Source: Candidatus Dormiibacterota bacterium (lineage in GTDB: Bacteria > Chloroflexota > Dormibacteria > Dormibacterales > Dormibacteraceae). Taken from it: 64,000 nt of DNA. A program made the translations under genes and the position numbers. The notes under the pieces are model-generated. The model did not search any database. It saw only the letters and a list, made by a program, of their open reading frames with translations, and was not told where the DNA came from. How positions within the stretch are numbered: position 1 is the first letter of the stretch; each line of letters begins with the position of its first letter. The DNA lies in NCBI GenBank assembly GCA_036495195.1, contig DASXNH010000025.1, positions 17,524 through 81,523 of the forward strand, given 5' to 3'. Of this stretch, positions 10,185 to 19,126 are shown one piece after another.

Positions 10185-10982
10185 GTGCGATTGAAGAACT
10201 CCGTGGTCGTCGTGACGGGCGCCTCGAGCGGTATCGGCAAGGCGACAGCGCTCGCATTGGCCAAAAAGAAGGCGCGCCTGGCGCTGGGCGCGCGCCGCCT
10301 CGACCGCCTCAACGCGGTGGCGAAGATGTGCCTCGCTCAAGGCTCGCCCGACGTCAGCGTGCGGCGTCTCGATGTGGGGCAATCAGCTGACGCGCGCGCC
10401 TTCGTGGCGGCGGCGATCCGGGATCACGACCGCATCGACGTGCTCGTCAACAACGCCGGTGTCGGTTGGATGGGGCGCCTTTACGAAATGCCCGAAGACA
10501 AGATCGAGGAACTGCTGGCCACCAACCTAAAAGGGTTGATCACCACAACCCAGGCGGTGCTGCCGGGGATGCTGGCAAGGCGGAGCGGCGTGATCATCAA
10601 CGTCGCGTCGGTGGTCGGCTTTCGAGCCTCGCCCTACTCCGCCGTGTACTCCGCGACAAAGCACGCGGTCGTCGGGCTCTCGCACGCGCTGCGCGGTGAG
10701 CTGTCAGGAACTGGCGTGAAGGTGTGCGTGGTTTATCCCGGCGTGACGGACACAGAGTTCTTCAGCTCGACCGAAGTCCCAGTTGGCCCGATGTATTCCG
10801 CGTCGTGGGTGGCGAACCTGATAGTTCGCACCGCGCAGTTCCCGCGACGAGACGCGATGGTCATGCCGTTGCGTTTCGCCCATCTCGCGGAGCCGCTGCT
10901 CGGAGGTCTGATGGACCACGGCCTGGGGGAGGCGAGGCGGCTCAAATCCCCACACCTGAGCGGCACGGGACTGAACAAATAA
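10185..10982 (+). CDS. SDR family oxidoreductase
   Basis: TGASSGIG cofactor motif, NNAG, and the YSATK catalytic motif. Confidence 0.9.
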   Translation: MRLKNSVVVVTGASSGIGKATALALAKKKARLALGARRLDRLNAVAKMCLAQGSPDVSVRRLDVGQSADARAFVAAAIRDHDRIDVLVNNAGVGWMGRLYEMPEDKIEELLATNLKGLITTTQAVLPGMLARRSGVIINVASVVGFRASPYSAVYSATKHAVVGLSHALRGELSGTGVKVCVVYPGVTDTEFFSSTEVPVGPMYSASWVANLIVRTAQFPRRDAMVMPLRFAHLAEPLLGGLMDHGLGEARRLKSPHLSGTGLNK

Positions 10983-10990
10983 CAACCCGG

Positions 10991-11893
10991 CTACTTCTGC
11001 CAGGCGGCCAGAAGCTCCTCCAGGCGATGGGCATTCTTGACCGAATAGTTGGAGTAGTTGTTGTTCATGATCGCGTGGACCTCTTTTGCAGATTTCTCCA
11101 TTTCTTTGATGCGCGGAACCCACTCCCGCAGCTCCTCGTCCTTGTAGTCGTGGCGGAAGCGTAGGTTCGGCGGCGCCCCCTTCAGGTCCCACGTCTCGTG
11201 ATTCCTCCCATGAAATCTGACGACCGCGAGCTTGCTGGAGGTGACTTCGAAAACCGGGGGCATGCTCGACTTGTGCCCCGGAGGCACGTCGACGGCGACA
11301 TAGGGAATGTCGCGCGTGCGCAGGAAGGCGAGGGTGCCATCTTGGTGGCGAGCGTCCATCCATTCGGGCCGACGGAGCTCGACGGCAACCTGGAATCCGA
11401 ACATGCGCTCCTGGACCTGCTCGATGTAGGCGAGCGAACGCGAGGAAGGCATGAACCAGGGAGGGAACTGGAAGAAAACAGCACCGAGGCGCCCGGCTGC
11501 ACGCAGCGGTTCGAGCGCAGCCCGGAAGCGCTCCCAGGACTCGTCGAGCAGCTCATCTGGCATCTGCTCGAGGTAGATGTTCTTCTCGCGCAGGTTGTCA
11601 GGCAGCTGGTCCCGGATGTCCTTGGGCAGGGCCATGGGCTTGGTCGGGTGGTTGGTGAAAAGAGAGAAGGACTTGACGTCGAACAGGAAGCCAGGCTCGG
11701 TCCGCGCCACCCAGAGCTCGGAGTTCTCGACCTTGGGCATGCCGTAGTAGGTGGAGTCGACTTCGACCAGAGGGAACTCCGAGGCATAAAAGTGAAGCCT
11801 TTCCTCCGACGAAGTCGCATTCATCGGATAGAAGAGCTTGGAGTCGATCAGCGACTTGTCGATCCACCCGGCTATGCCCGCGCGCACGGTCAT
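10991..11893 (-). CDS. DUF72 domain-containing protein (UPF0759)
   Basis: Typical DUF72 N-terminus (GIAGWIDKSL...FYP) and length. Start set at ATG 11893 (MTVRAG). Confidence 0.85.
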   Translation of the reverse strand: MTVRAGIAGWIDKSLIDSKLFYPMNATSSEERLHFYASEFPLVEVDSTYYGMPKVENSELWVARTEPGFLFDVKSFSLFTNHPTKPMALPKDIRDQLPDNLREKNIYLEQMPDELLDESWERFRAALEPLRAAGRLGAVFFQFPPWFMPSSRSLAYIEQVQERMFGFQVAVELRRPEWMDARHQDGTLAFLRTRDIPYVAVDVPPGHKSSMPPVFEVTSSKLAVVRFHGRNHETWDLKGAPPNLRFRHDYKDEELREWVPRIKEMEKSAKEVHAIMNNNYSNYSVKNAHRLEELLAAWQK

Positions 11894-11945
11894 GGCTCGA
11901 TCCTGGCACAAGACGATTGTTTGAGCGCTATGATCCGTCGCGCCC

Positions 11946-14264
11946 GTGGGCCGCTACATCCGCTATTGGTACACATACCGAACCGTCGTGGCGGTCATGT
12001 TGGCGTTGGTCCTCAGCGGGCTCATGTACTGGCTGTACACGCAGCAGATCGCCTGCGACTCGCACCAGGGCTCATGCCTTGTCGACGTGTCGCTTCACCC
12101 GGAGGACCGGTTTGGCTTCCAGTCCAATCCCGATCCGAATGTCCTCATCGTCGGCCTCGACAACCAGAGCGTCAAAAACATCGGCAAGTACCCAGTGCCG
12201 CGAAACGTGTACGCCCAGGCCCTCAGGAACCTGGAAAAGGCCGGCGCTGCCGTCGTCGCATTTGACATCATCTTTCCAGACCAGCGCGACCCGGCCACCG
12301 ACAGGTCGTTCGCCGATGCGCTGGCCACGAGCACGGTGCCGGTTGTCCTCGCCTACGCGGGAGACAACACCGTGATCGGCCGCGGCAAGATTCTCCAGAC
12401 CTCTCCCACCAGCGATCCGCCAGGAATCGACGAGATCCCCTTGCGGATGTTCAGATGCGCAGACGCAAGCTCAGATCCCACCGCCCCCTGCAAGCAGCCA
12501 TACCCGAATGTGGTCCTGGCCTCGACCGACATCGTCGCCGACGCGGACGGTGTGACGCGAAGGGTCCCGATGTTCATTCAGCCCGCGTGCTTTGCGACCG
12601 GCGCCTGCAGCACACCCGTGATCGACACCTTTGCGTTTGCCGCTTATCGGGCGTGGGCGCTCCAGGGACTCACCGGCATCGACTTGACGCAGGCGAACGG
12701 CGAAGCCAGGTTCGGGACCACGTGGCCGGCGCCCCTGACCGTTGACTCCACAGGCTCGGCGTTGATCAATTATTTCGGCCCACCCGGAAACTACGTGCAG
12801 GGCGGACAGTACGTGTCGTTCGGCGATCTATATGCAGGCAATGTCCCGGCAGACAAGATCAAGGGCGCCATCGTATTGGTCGGCTTCTACAACCTCACCA
12901 GCGTCAACGACTACGTCAGAGCCACCACCAGCGCCGGAGCGGGCCAGGGCACGGGCGCGAACATGACCGGAATCGAGATGCAGGCCAATATCGCCCAGAT
13001 GCTCTTACCTCCAAGCCTGAGCAAGACAAGCAACGCCCCGATCGTCGGCCCGATCGTCAACTTCTTCATCAAGTCGGTACCGAACTTCTTGGCTCCTGAG
13101 CCACCGTGGTTGGTGTTCCTGGTCCTGCTTGTGCTGGCTTTGGTAACCGCGCTCGCCGTGGCTCGAATGTCTGTCCTGGTTGGCCTGCTGGTCACCGCTG
13201 CGGCACTTGTCGTGTTCACGTTTGCGATGTCGTTCTTCTCGTTCAACAGTGGCTTTGTACCGGACCTCTTTCATCCGCTCCTGGCGATGGCCCTCGTCTA
13301 CGCGGGCGTCACCGCTTATCGGTTTCTGTACGAAGACCGTGAAAAGAGAAAGGTGACCGCATTGTTCGGCCACTACCTCAAGCCCGAGATCGTGGCGCAG
13401 CTGGCGAAGAACCGCGGCGGCGTCGAGGACATCCTTCGTGGCGGCGAGCGGCGGGATATCACCCTGCTGTTCGTGGACGTTCGAGGCTTCACATCGATGT
13501 CTGAGCGCATGGAGGCGGACGAGGTCGTGAACGTGGTGCAGATGTATCTCGACCATCTGAGCGGGATCATCTTCACCTGGGACGGGACCGTCGACAAATA
13601 CGTCGGCGATGAGATCGTCGCGTTCTGGAATGCGCCAAGGCACCAGGAGAATCACGCCCTGCTTGCGGTCCGCTGCGCCTACGACCTCATCAACCGCGCG
13701 CCCGAGCTGCAGCAGAGGTTGCTGGAAAAAGGCCTGCCGCCGATCCGTTGGGGCATCGGCATCAACACCGGCCCCGCAGTCGTGGGCAACATGGGCTCGC
13801 GCAGCCGCTTGCAGTACACGGCTCTTGGCGACACCGTCAACACCGCAGCCCGCTTCTGCGCCAACGCGCCCGCTTACCACCTGCTGATCGGCCAGCCCAC
13901 GTACGACCAGTGCAAGGACTACATCGCGGTCGAAATGGTTCCGGGCGTGCAGCTGAAGGGCAAGTCAGCCGAAACCTTCCGCATCTACCAGGTGACCGCG
14001 ATTCGCGAGACCCCGACCTCTCCATGGGTGCCGTTCCCCACCGAGATGGCGCTGCAGGCGCAAGACACCTACACGGAGCAGTACACGCACAAGACGATCC
14101 TCGGCTCGCAGGTCTCGACGTCTCGCGACCTCCTGGTCGGCGAAGAAGCGCAGCAAGCGCTTGCGGATCAGGCTGCGACCGCACCGACTCCCCCATACGG
14201 CACGCCGGCTTATGGCACGCCTGTAGTGAATCCCGGAGAGTCGCCGACGCCGGCCGGCCTTTAG
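11946..14264 (+). CDS. CHASE2 sensor domain-containing class III adenylate/guanylate cyclase (copy 1)
   Basis: An N-terminal TM, a long extracytoplasmic region, a TM cluster, then a cyclase domain: TLLFVDVRGFTSMSE, DKYVGDEIVAFWNAP, LQYTALGDTVNTAARF. GTG start, with a TATGAT hexamer ending 12 nt upstream. Confidence 0.9.
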   Translation: MGRYIRYWYTYRTVVAVMLALVLSGLMYWLYTQQIACDSHQGSCLVDVSLHPEDRFGFQSNPDPNVLIVGLDNQSVKNIGKYPVPRNVYAQALRNLEKAGAAVVAFDIIFPDQRDPATDRSFADALATSTVPVVLAYAGDNTVIGRGKILQTSPTSDPPGIDEIPLRMFRCADASSDPTAPCKQPYPNVVLASTDIVADADGVTRRVPMFIQPACFATGACSTPVIDTFAFAAYRAWALQGLTGIDLTQANGEARFGTTWPAPLTVDSTGSALINYFGPPGNYVQGGQYVSFGDLYAGNVPADKIKGAIVLVGFYNLTSVNDYVRATTSAGAGQGTGANMTGIEMQANIAQMLLPPSLSKTSNAPIVGPIVNFFIKSVPNFLAPEPPWLVFLVLLVLALVTALAVARMSVLVGLLVTAAALVVFTFAMSFFSFNSGFVPDLFHPLLAMALVYAGVTAYRFLYEDREKRKVTALFGHYLKPEIVAQLAKNRGGVEDILRGGERRDITLLFVDVRGFTSMSERMEADEVVNVVQMYLDHLSGIIFTWDGTVDKYVGDEIVAFWNAPRHQENHALLAVRCAYDLINRAPELQQRLLEKGLPPIRWGIGINTGPAVVGNMGSRSRLQYTALGDTVNTAARFCANAPAYHLLIGQPTYDQCKDYIAVEMVPGVQLKGKSAETFRIYQVTAIRETPTSPWVPFPTEMALQAQDTYTEQYTHKTILGSQVSTSRDLLVGEEAQQALADQAATAPTPPYGTPAYGTPVVNPGESPTPAGL

Positions 14265-15706
14265 TGAGCTAGGGCGCCGAGCAGGAAGAGCGCCGGGGTC
14301 AGTACCAGAACGCCCGCGATCACGCCGAGGCAGCCCGATGCTTTCCTGGCTGCCGGCTTGACAGGCGGTGCTGGGTTGTAGACAGCCTGGATGGGGACGG
14401 CAGCTGCCGGCTCGGCCATCGCGGGGATGCCGGGTGGAGAGGCCACGGATGCCGCCTGCGCCGACGCCGCCGACGGCACCATCCTCGATAGATCTGCGCC
14501 GGGCTCGAGGGCTTTCGGCCAGCCTGGACACAAGCGGTCGGCGATGCGCGACATGGTCGTGTCGAATTCCTCACCGGTCTGAAACCGCTCTTCAGGCCGC
14601 TTCGAAAGAGACTTCATGATCATCTCCTCGAGTCTCATGTCAAGGCCGGGTCGGTGCACCGAAGGCGGCATTGGGGGAGCCTGTACGTGCTTGGCCATCA
14701 GCGTGAAGGGGCCGTCCGCTTGGCTTGCGGTGAAAGGAGGCTGGCCGACGACGAGCTCGTAGAACATGATGCCCGCCGAGTAAAGATCACTGCGGCCGTC
14801 GACCTTGCTCGACGCCACCTGCTCCGGCGACATGTACTGCGGAGTGCCGACTGTCGTACCTGTCTTGGTCGCCGTGCCGCCAGGCCCAGAGTCGTCAGTC
14901 AGTCGGGCGATGCCAAAGTCCGCGACCTTGACGTTGCCCTCGTCGGACACGAGCACGTTTTCAGGCTTCATGTCGCGATGCACAATCGCGTGCTTGTGCG
15001 CGTAGTCGAGAGCCTGCAGCACTCCATGCATGACGGCAAAGGTCTGGGGCAAGGGCACCGGTCCGTGGTTCACCATGTCGCGCAGAGACCGCCCGCGTAC
15101 GAACTCCAGGACGATGTAGTTGGCATCGCCGATCTGCTCGAGGTCGTGTACCTGCACCAGGTTCGGATGACTGGTGCGCGCCATCACCTGGGCCTCCTGC
15201 AGAAACCGCATGAGCGCTGTCGGGTCTGCGGCAGGAGACAGGATCAGCTCCTTGATCGCGACCTCGCGGCCGAGGCCCGGCTGCTCCGCGAGGTAGACGG
15301 CGCCCATGCCACCACGCCCAAGCTCGCCCTTCACCAGGTACTTGCCGATCTGACGCGCGCCGCCCGGGGTCAGAGGCTGGTTGGGTGGCGGGGTGGTTAC
15401 CGGATGAGGCGCCTGGACTGGCAGGCGCATGGTGGCGTCGATTGATTGCGGTGCTGTGACCGGTGCGGGGGCGGGCGCTGCGGGGGTGAGCGGCGCGGGC
15501 GTGGCCGCTGGGGCTGGGGGGTGGGTCGCCGGCATGCGCATGGTCGCATCGACCCTTGGACCCTCCACAGGCGGCGTGGCGGCGGCAGGGGGCGCGGTCG
15601 CGGCGACCGGCTCGGGCGTCGCCGGGCTCAGCTCGGGGGCCCAGTCGGGGATCGGCGTGGGCGGCGGATTGGGTGGATTTTCAGGGGTCAAACCGGGGTC
15701 GGCCAT
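14261..15706 (-). CDS. serine/threonine protein kinase, tail-anchored, with Pro/Ala-rich N-terminal region
   Basis: Hanks motifs GRGGMGAVYLA, VAIK, HRDMKPENV, DFG and SPEQ. A single hydrophobic segment sits at the extreme C-terminus (GCLGVIAGVLVLTPALFLLGALAH). Confidence 0.9.
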   Translation of the reverse strand: MADPGLTPENPPNPPPTPIPDWAPELSPATPEPVAATAPPAAATPPVEGPRVDATMRMPATHPPAPAATPAPLTPAAPAPAPVTAPQSIDATMRLPVQAPHPVTTPPPNQPLTPGGARQIGKYLVKGELGRGGMGAVYLAEQPGLGREVAIKELILSPAADPTALMRFLQEAQVMARTSHPNLVQVHDLEQIGDANYIVLEFVRGRSLRDMVNHGPVPLPQTFAVMHGVLQALDYAHKHAIVHRDMKPENVLVSDEGNVKVADFGIARLTDDSGPGGTATKTGTTVGTPQYMSPEQVASSKVDGRSDLYSAGIMFYELVVGQPPFTASQADGPFTLMAKHVQAPPMPPSVHRPGLDMRLEEMIMKSLSKRPEERFQTGEEFDTTMSRIADRLCPGWPKALEPGADLSRMVPSAASAQAASVASPPGIPAMAEPAAAVPIQAVYNPAPPVKPAARKASGCLGVIAGVLVLTPALFLLGALAH

Positions 15707-15839
15707 TTCGCCCGGAGCCTAGCAGAGTGGGTTCAAAGCAACCACGACCCACGGGCAAGGGGGCCAAACCTATGGCATTTTGGCGGCATTCCACCCATAA
15801 TCGGGCCCGAACCACGCCAGTATTTCGAGGAGGACACAT

Positions 15840-16253
15840 ATGTCGCAGATGCCGCCGCCGCCGCCCGGACAGCCGGCACCCATGGGAGGGCAGCCCAGCG
15901 CTGTCGGCAGCAACAAGAACCTGTATACGATCCTTGCCTGGGCTTTGTTTCCGCCCATCGGAAGCCTGATCTTTCTTTTCGTCGGCAAGGACGACGCGGA
16001 TGTCAAGTACAACGCGGCGAACGCGACCGTGATCCACGGCGCGTTCCTGATCGTCTACATCCTTCTGTGGATTATCGGAACTGTCACCGTGTTTCTTCTC
16101 TTCCTGCCCCTGCTGTGGTGGATCGCCTGGTTGATCGTTTGGATCATCGGGCTCATCCTCTCCTTGCAGGCGGGCGGCAAGCGCTTTGCCTTCCCGGGCC
16201 TCCAGGGACTCGCCAACAAGTACGTGCCGATGGTCGAGGGCTGGGCCAAGTAA
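15840..16253 (+). CDS. small membrane protein, DUF4870-like, Pro-rich N-terminus
   Basis: 137 aa with three or four hydrophobic helices. There is a strong RBS (GAGGAGG) 8 nt upstream of the ATG, and a terminator follows. Confidence 0.7.
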   Translation: MSQMPPPPPGQPAPMGGQPSAVGSNKNLYTILAWALFPPIGSLIFLFVGKDDADVKYNAANATVIHGAFLIVYILLWIIGTVTVFLLFLPLLWWIAWLIVWIIGLILSLQAGGKRFAFPGLQGLANKYVPMVEGWAK

Positions 16254-16274
16254 CAGCCGGCTAATTCATCAAAG

Positions 16275-16299
16275 GGGCCCCGGCTGACGGGGCCCTTTT
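16275..16299. terminator. rho-independent terminator, possibly bidirectional
   Basis: Perfect 8-bp GC stem GGGCCCCG/CGGGGCCC with a 5-nt loop, followed by TTTT. An AAA run precedes the stem, so the minus strand also reads stem plus TTT. It lies between two convergent genes. Confidence 0.7.
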
Positions 16300-16380
16300 C
16301 TATTTCCGGTCATGGGGCAAATCGTCCTCCCCGCCCGCCGGTGAGGTGCCGGCGCAGCCGTCGGTCGTGCCATCCGGACA

Positions 16381-16689
16381 CTATCCCTTCGCGATTTGTT
16401 CGAGTGCCTTCTCCACGCCTTGGCGCAGCTCGTCTCGCTCCTCGCGCATCAACCCCGCTTCCGCCCTGGCCTGCGCCAGCTGGTATCTCAGACGCTCGAC
16501 CTCGGCAGTCAGATCGCGAACGCGAGGATCAGGGCCGCCGCTGATGCTTCGCACATCCGCGAGCTCGAGACGCAGGCGTTCGAGCGCCACCTTGAGGTCA
16601 CGCCTCTCCGCCAGCAGCTCCTGGACCAGCGACTCAGACGGCTTGGTCGGCTCTTTCGACATAGCGACAGAGTCCGGGTTGGAACTCAC
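16381..16689 (-). CDS. hypothetical coiled-coil protein
   Basis: 102 aa with heptad-like, charged Leu/Arg/Glu-rich sequence and G/C-rich third positions. The start is uncertain (GTG 16689 or ATG 16662). Either choice overlaps the upstream ORF. Confidence 0.5.
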   Translation of the reverse strand: MSSNPDSVAMSKEPTKPSESLVQELLAERRDLKVALERLRLELADVRSISGGPDPRVRDLTAEVERLRYQLAQARAEAGLMREERDELRQGVEKALEQIAKG

Positions 16690-16930
16690 GAAGCCTGAGA
16701 TGCTCCATCTCCCCGCGTAGGAAACGCGCCTTGATCTCGAGGCCCTTCATCGGCTTCACGCTCTCGAATGGAAAGCGATAAAGCTTCCCCGAGTCGACGA
16801 GGATGCAAAGCGCCAAACGCTCCCCATCCTTCTCGATGACGTGCTTGTAGCAGGGCACTGTGCGCCGGGCCACCTCCGTGGTGGTGAATCCCCCAACCTT
16901 CCCCGTCAGCACCTCGATGGGACTTCGCAC
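16634..16930 (-). CDS. hypothetical protein (98 aa)
   Basis: GTG start 9 nt after the radical SAM stop. Codon bias is consistent with coding. I recognise no family. Confidence 0.5.
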   Translation of the reverse strand: MRSPIEVLTGKVGGFTTTEVARRTVPCYKHVIEKDGERLALCILVDSGKLYRFPFESVKPMKGLEIKARFLRGEMEHLRLREFQPGLCRYVERADQAV

Positions 16931-16939
16931 GTGCGAATG

Positions 16940-17878
16940 CTAATTCAGCAGGGACAGCTGCTCTGGCTGGGGCGGCGGTTGGAGGATCACGCGGCGGCGG
17001 TCGGAGACACCGTGGACCGTGCGAAGGCGCCCGACAGCCTTCATCGTCTGATCGCTGTACGCGGCTGGCAAGTAGGCGCGCGCCCTGTACGCCTGCTCGT
17101 ACCGGGGAACGAGCTCAGGCCAATGCCGGGCCAAGACCGACATGAAATGCTCGCGCGTCCCATCTTTCAGGTGCAGCATTCCAGCCCACAGTCCTGTGGC
17201 GCCCGCCGCGCGGGCCGCTTTGACCACCGCCTCGAGGCGATCGGGCCGATCCGAAAGGCCGGGAAGGATGGGCGCCATGCCGACCCCGACGTCAACGCCC
17301 GCGGCAACGAGCTTCTCGATTGCCTTGAGCCGTTGCCTGGGATGCGCGGTTCCGGGCTCGGTGCGGCGCCACACCTCGTCGTCCACAGTTGGGATGCTGA
17401 AGGTGATGTGCAAGTTGGCGCGCCGCGCGAGCTCACTCAGGACGTCGATGTCGCGAACGATCATCGGACCGCGCGTGATGATCGCACCAGGATTCGAAAA
17501 GTCGCGTAGAGCCTCGAGGCAGCGCCGAGTGAGCCTGTAGCGCCCCTCTGCTGGTTGGTAGGGATCGGTGGCGGCTCCGATAACGACCGTCTCTTTCTTC
17601 CATGACTTGCGCGACAGCTCGCTCCGGAGGACGCCGGCAACATTGAGCTTGATGCGCACGGTGCGGCCGTACCGGTCGTCGGAAGGCCGATCCGCCCGCA
17701 GCTCGAAGGCGCGGACGTAGCAGAAGGCGCAGCGATGCTCGCACCCCGTGTAGGGGTTGAGGGACCAGGAGAAGCCCATGCCTTTGACGGGATTGAGGGC
17801 CGACCTGCACTGCACCTCGAGGTATTCGACGTCTGCGAGTCGGGCCTCAGGAGGCTCCACGGACGTATGGTAGAACAA
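16940..17878 (-). CDS. radical SAM protein, Rv2578c/SplB-like
   Basis: CEHRCAFCYV (CxxxCxxC) cluster motif and overall likeness to the Rv2578c-type family. The longest ORF (to 18061) would overlap nth by 148 nt. TTG 17878 or GTG 17860 are the first starts downstream of the nth stop. Confidence 0.8.
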   Translation of the reverse strand: MFYHTSVEPPEARLADVEYLEVQCRSALNPVKGMGFSWSLNPYTGCEHRCAFCYVRAFELRADRPSDDRYGRTVRIKLNVAGVLRSELSRKSWKKETVVIGAATDPYQPAEGRYRLTRRCLEALRDFSNPGAIITRGPMIVRDIDVLSELARRANLHITFSIPTVDDEVWRRTEPGTAHPRQRLKAIEKLVAAGVDVGVGMAPILPGLSDRPDRLEAVVKAARAAGATGLWAGMLHLKDGTREHFMSVLARHWPELVPRYEQAYRARAYLPAAYSDQTMKAVGRLRTVHGVSDRRRVILQPPPQPEQLSLLN

Positions 17879-17913
17879 ATGTTCGCGTATTGACAGGGCT
17901 CCAGGCCACGGAA

Positions 17914-18624
17914 CTACGCCGGTTTGCGGCGCCGCGCCGGTTTGGGGCGAGTTGTCGATGAGGGGCAGAAGTCGTTCAAGATGCACACCTCGCAGCGCGG
18001 CCGGCGCGCAACGCAGATTCGGCGCCCATGCAGGATCAGGCGCAATGACAGGCCACTCCACTCCTCTTTCGGCACGATCGAAGTGACCTGCCGCTCGATC
18101 TTCACGGGGTCCTGTGAGGAAGCGATCTTCAGGCGGTTGGTCAGGCGCTTGACGTGGGTGTCAACCGCGAAGCCAGGCACACCGAAACCCACTCCAAGTA
18201 TCACGTTCGCCGTCTTGCGCCCGATGCCCGGCAGCTTGACCAGGTCGTCAATGTTGCTCGGCACCTGACCGTCGAACAGCTCCACCAGCTTGCGGCTCGC
18301 GGCGATGATTGAGCGCGTCTTGGCGCGAAAAAAGCCTGTGGGCTTGATCAGCCGCTCGACCACCGCGGGATCCGCGGCAGCAAGGTCTGCGGCCGTCGGA
18401 TAACGCATGAACAGCTCCGGCGTGACCAGGTTCACAGCGCGGTCGGTAGTTTGCGCGGAGAGAATCGTTGCGATCAGCAGCTGGAACGGGTCCTGGTGGG
18501 CCAGCTCCGTGACTGCCGGATAAGCCTCCTTCAGGCGCTCGACCGTGAGCTTTGCCCGCAGGCGCGCCCCTGGCGGCAGCCTCGGCAGCGGCGGAAGTTT
18601 CTTGCGTTTGGGCCTAGGAGCCAA
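17914..18624 (-). CDS. nth: endonuclease III
   Basis: HhH-GPD motif LVKLPGIGRKTANVIL, catalytic DTHV, and the C-terminal 4Fe-4S motif CVARRPRCEVCILNDFC. Confidence 0.92.
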   Translation of the reverse strand: MAPRPKRKKLPPLPRLPPGARLRAKLTVERLKEAYPAVTELAHQDPFQLLIATILSAQTTDRAVNLVTPELFMRYPTAADLAAADPAVVERLIKPTGFFRAKTRSIIAASRKLVELFDGQVPSNIDDLVKLPGIGRKTANVILGVGFGVPGFAVDTHVKRLTNRLKIASSQDPVKIERQVTSIVPKEEWSGLSLRLILHGRRICVARRPRCEVCILNDFCPSSTTRPKPARRRKPA

Positions 18625-19063
18625 GCAATTTGCGCGCGGCGGCCGCGACCTGGGTGCCCTCGGCCCTCCCCGCCAGCCGTGCGGTCGCTGCCTTCATGAC
18701 GGCTCCGAAAGCCTTGGGGCCCTCTGGCTTGAGGTCGTCGATGACGGCCCTGACCTCGGCCTCAACCTCCTCCATGCTCATGGCAGCAGGCAGGTAACCG
18801 CGCAGGACGGCCATCTCCGCCTCTTCGCGTGCGGCAGATGCTTCCCGGCCCGCCTTCCTGTAGACGTCAATGGCCTCTTCTCGCTTCTTGACCTCGCGTC
18901 GCGCTACGCGTTGGACGAGCTCGTCGTTCAGCGCTCCCGCCCCGGTCTCCTTGCTGGCTTTCACCAATTCGCTCTTGAGAAGGGAGAGCGTGCTCAGCCC
19001 AAGCTCGTCGCGCCGGCGACGGGCCTCGACCAGGTCGGACTGGATGCGGTCGTAGAGGGCCAT
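18614..19063 (-). CDS. GatB/YqeY domain-containing protein
   Basis: 149 aa from the internal ATG (MALYDRIQSDLVEARRRRDE...). The YqeY-like layout includes LRGYLP. The longer 260-aa ORF has an Arg-rich, non-protein-like N-terminus. Confidence 0.85.
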   Translation of the reverse strand: MALYDRIQSDLVEARRRRDELGLSTLSLLKSELVKASKETGAGALNDELVQRVARREVKKREEAIDVYRKAGREASAAREEAEMAVLRGYLPAAMSMEEVEAEVRAVIDDLKPEGPKAFGAVMKAATARLAGRAEGTQVAAAARKLLGS

Positions 19064-19126
19064 GGCGGCGATTGTCACACACACCCAAGACCTCTCCGGA
19101 CGCGCGATCCCTGATAATCGGCCCAA

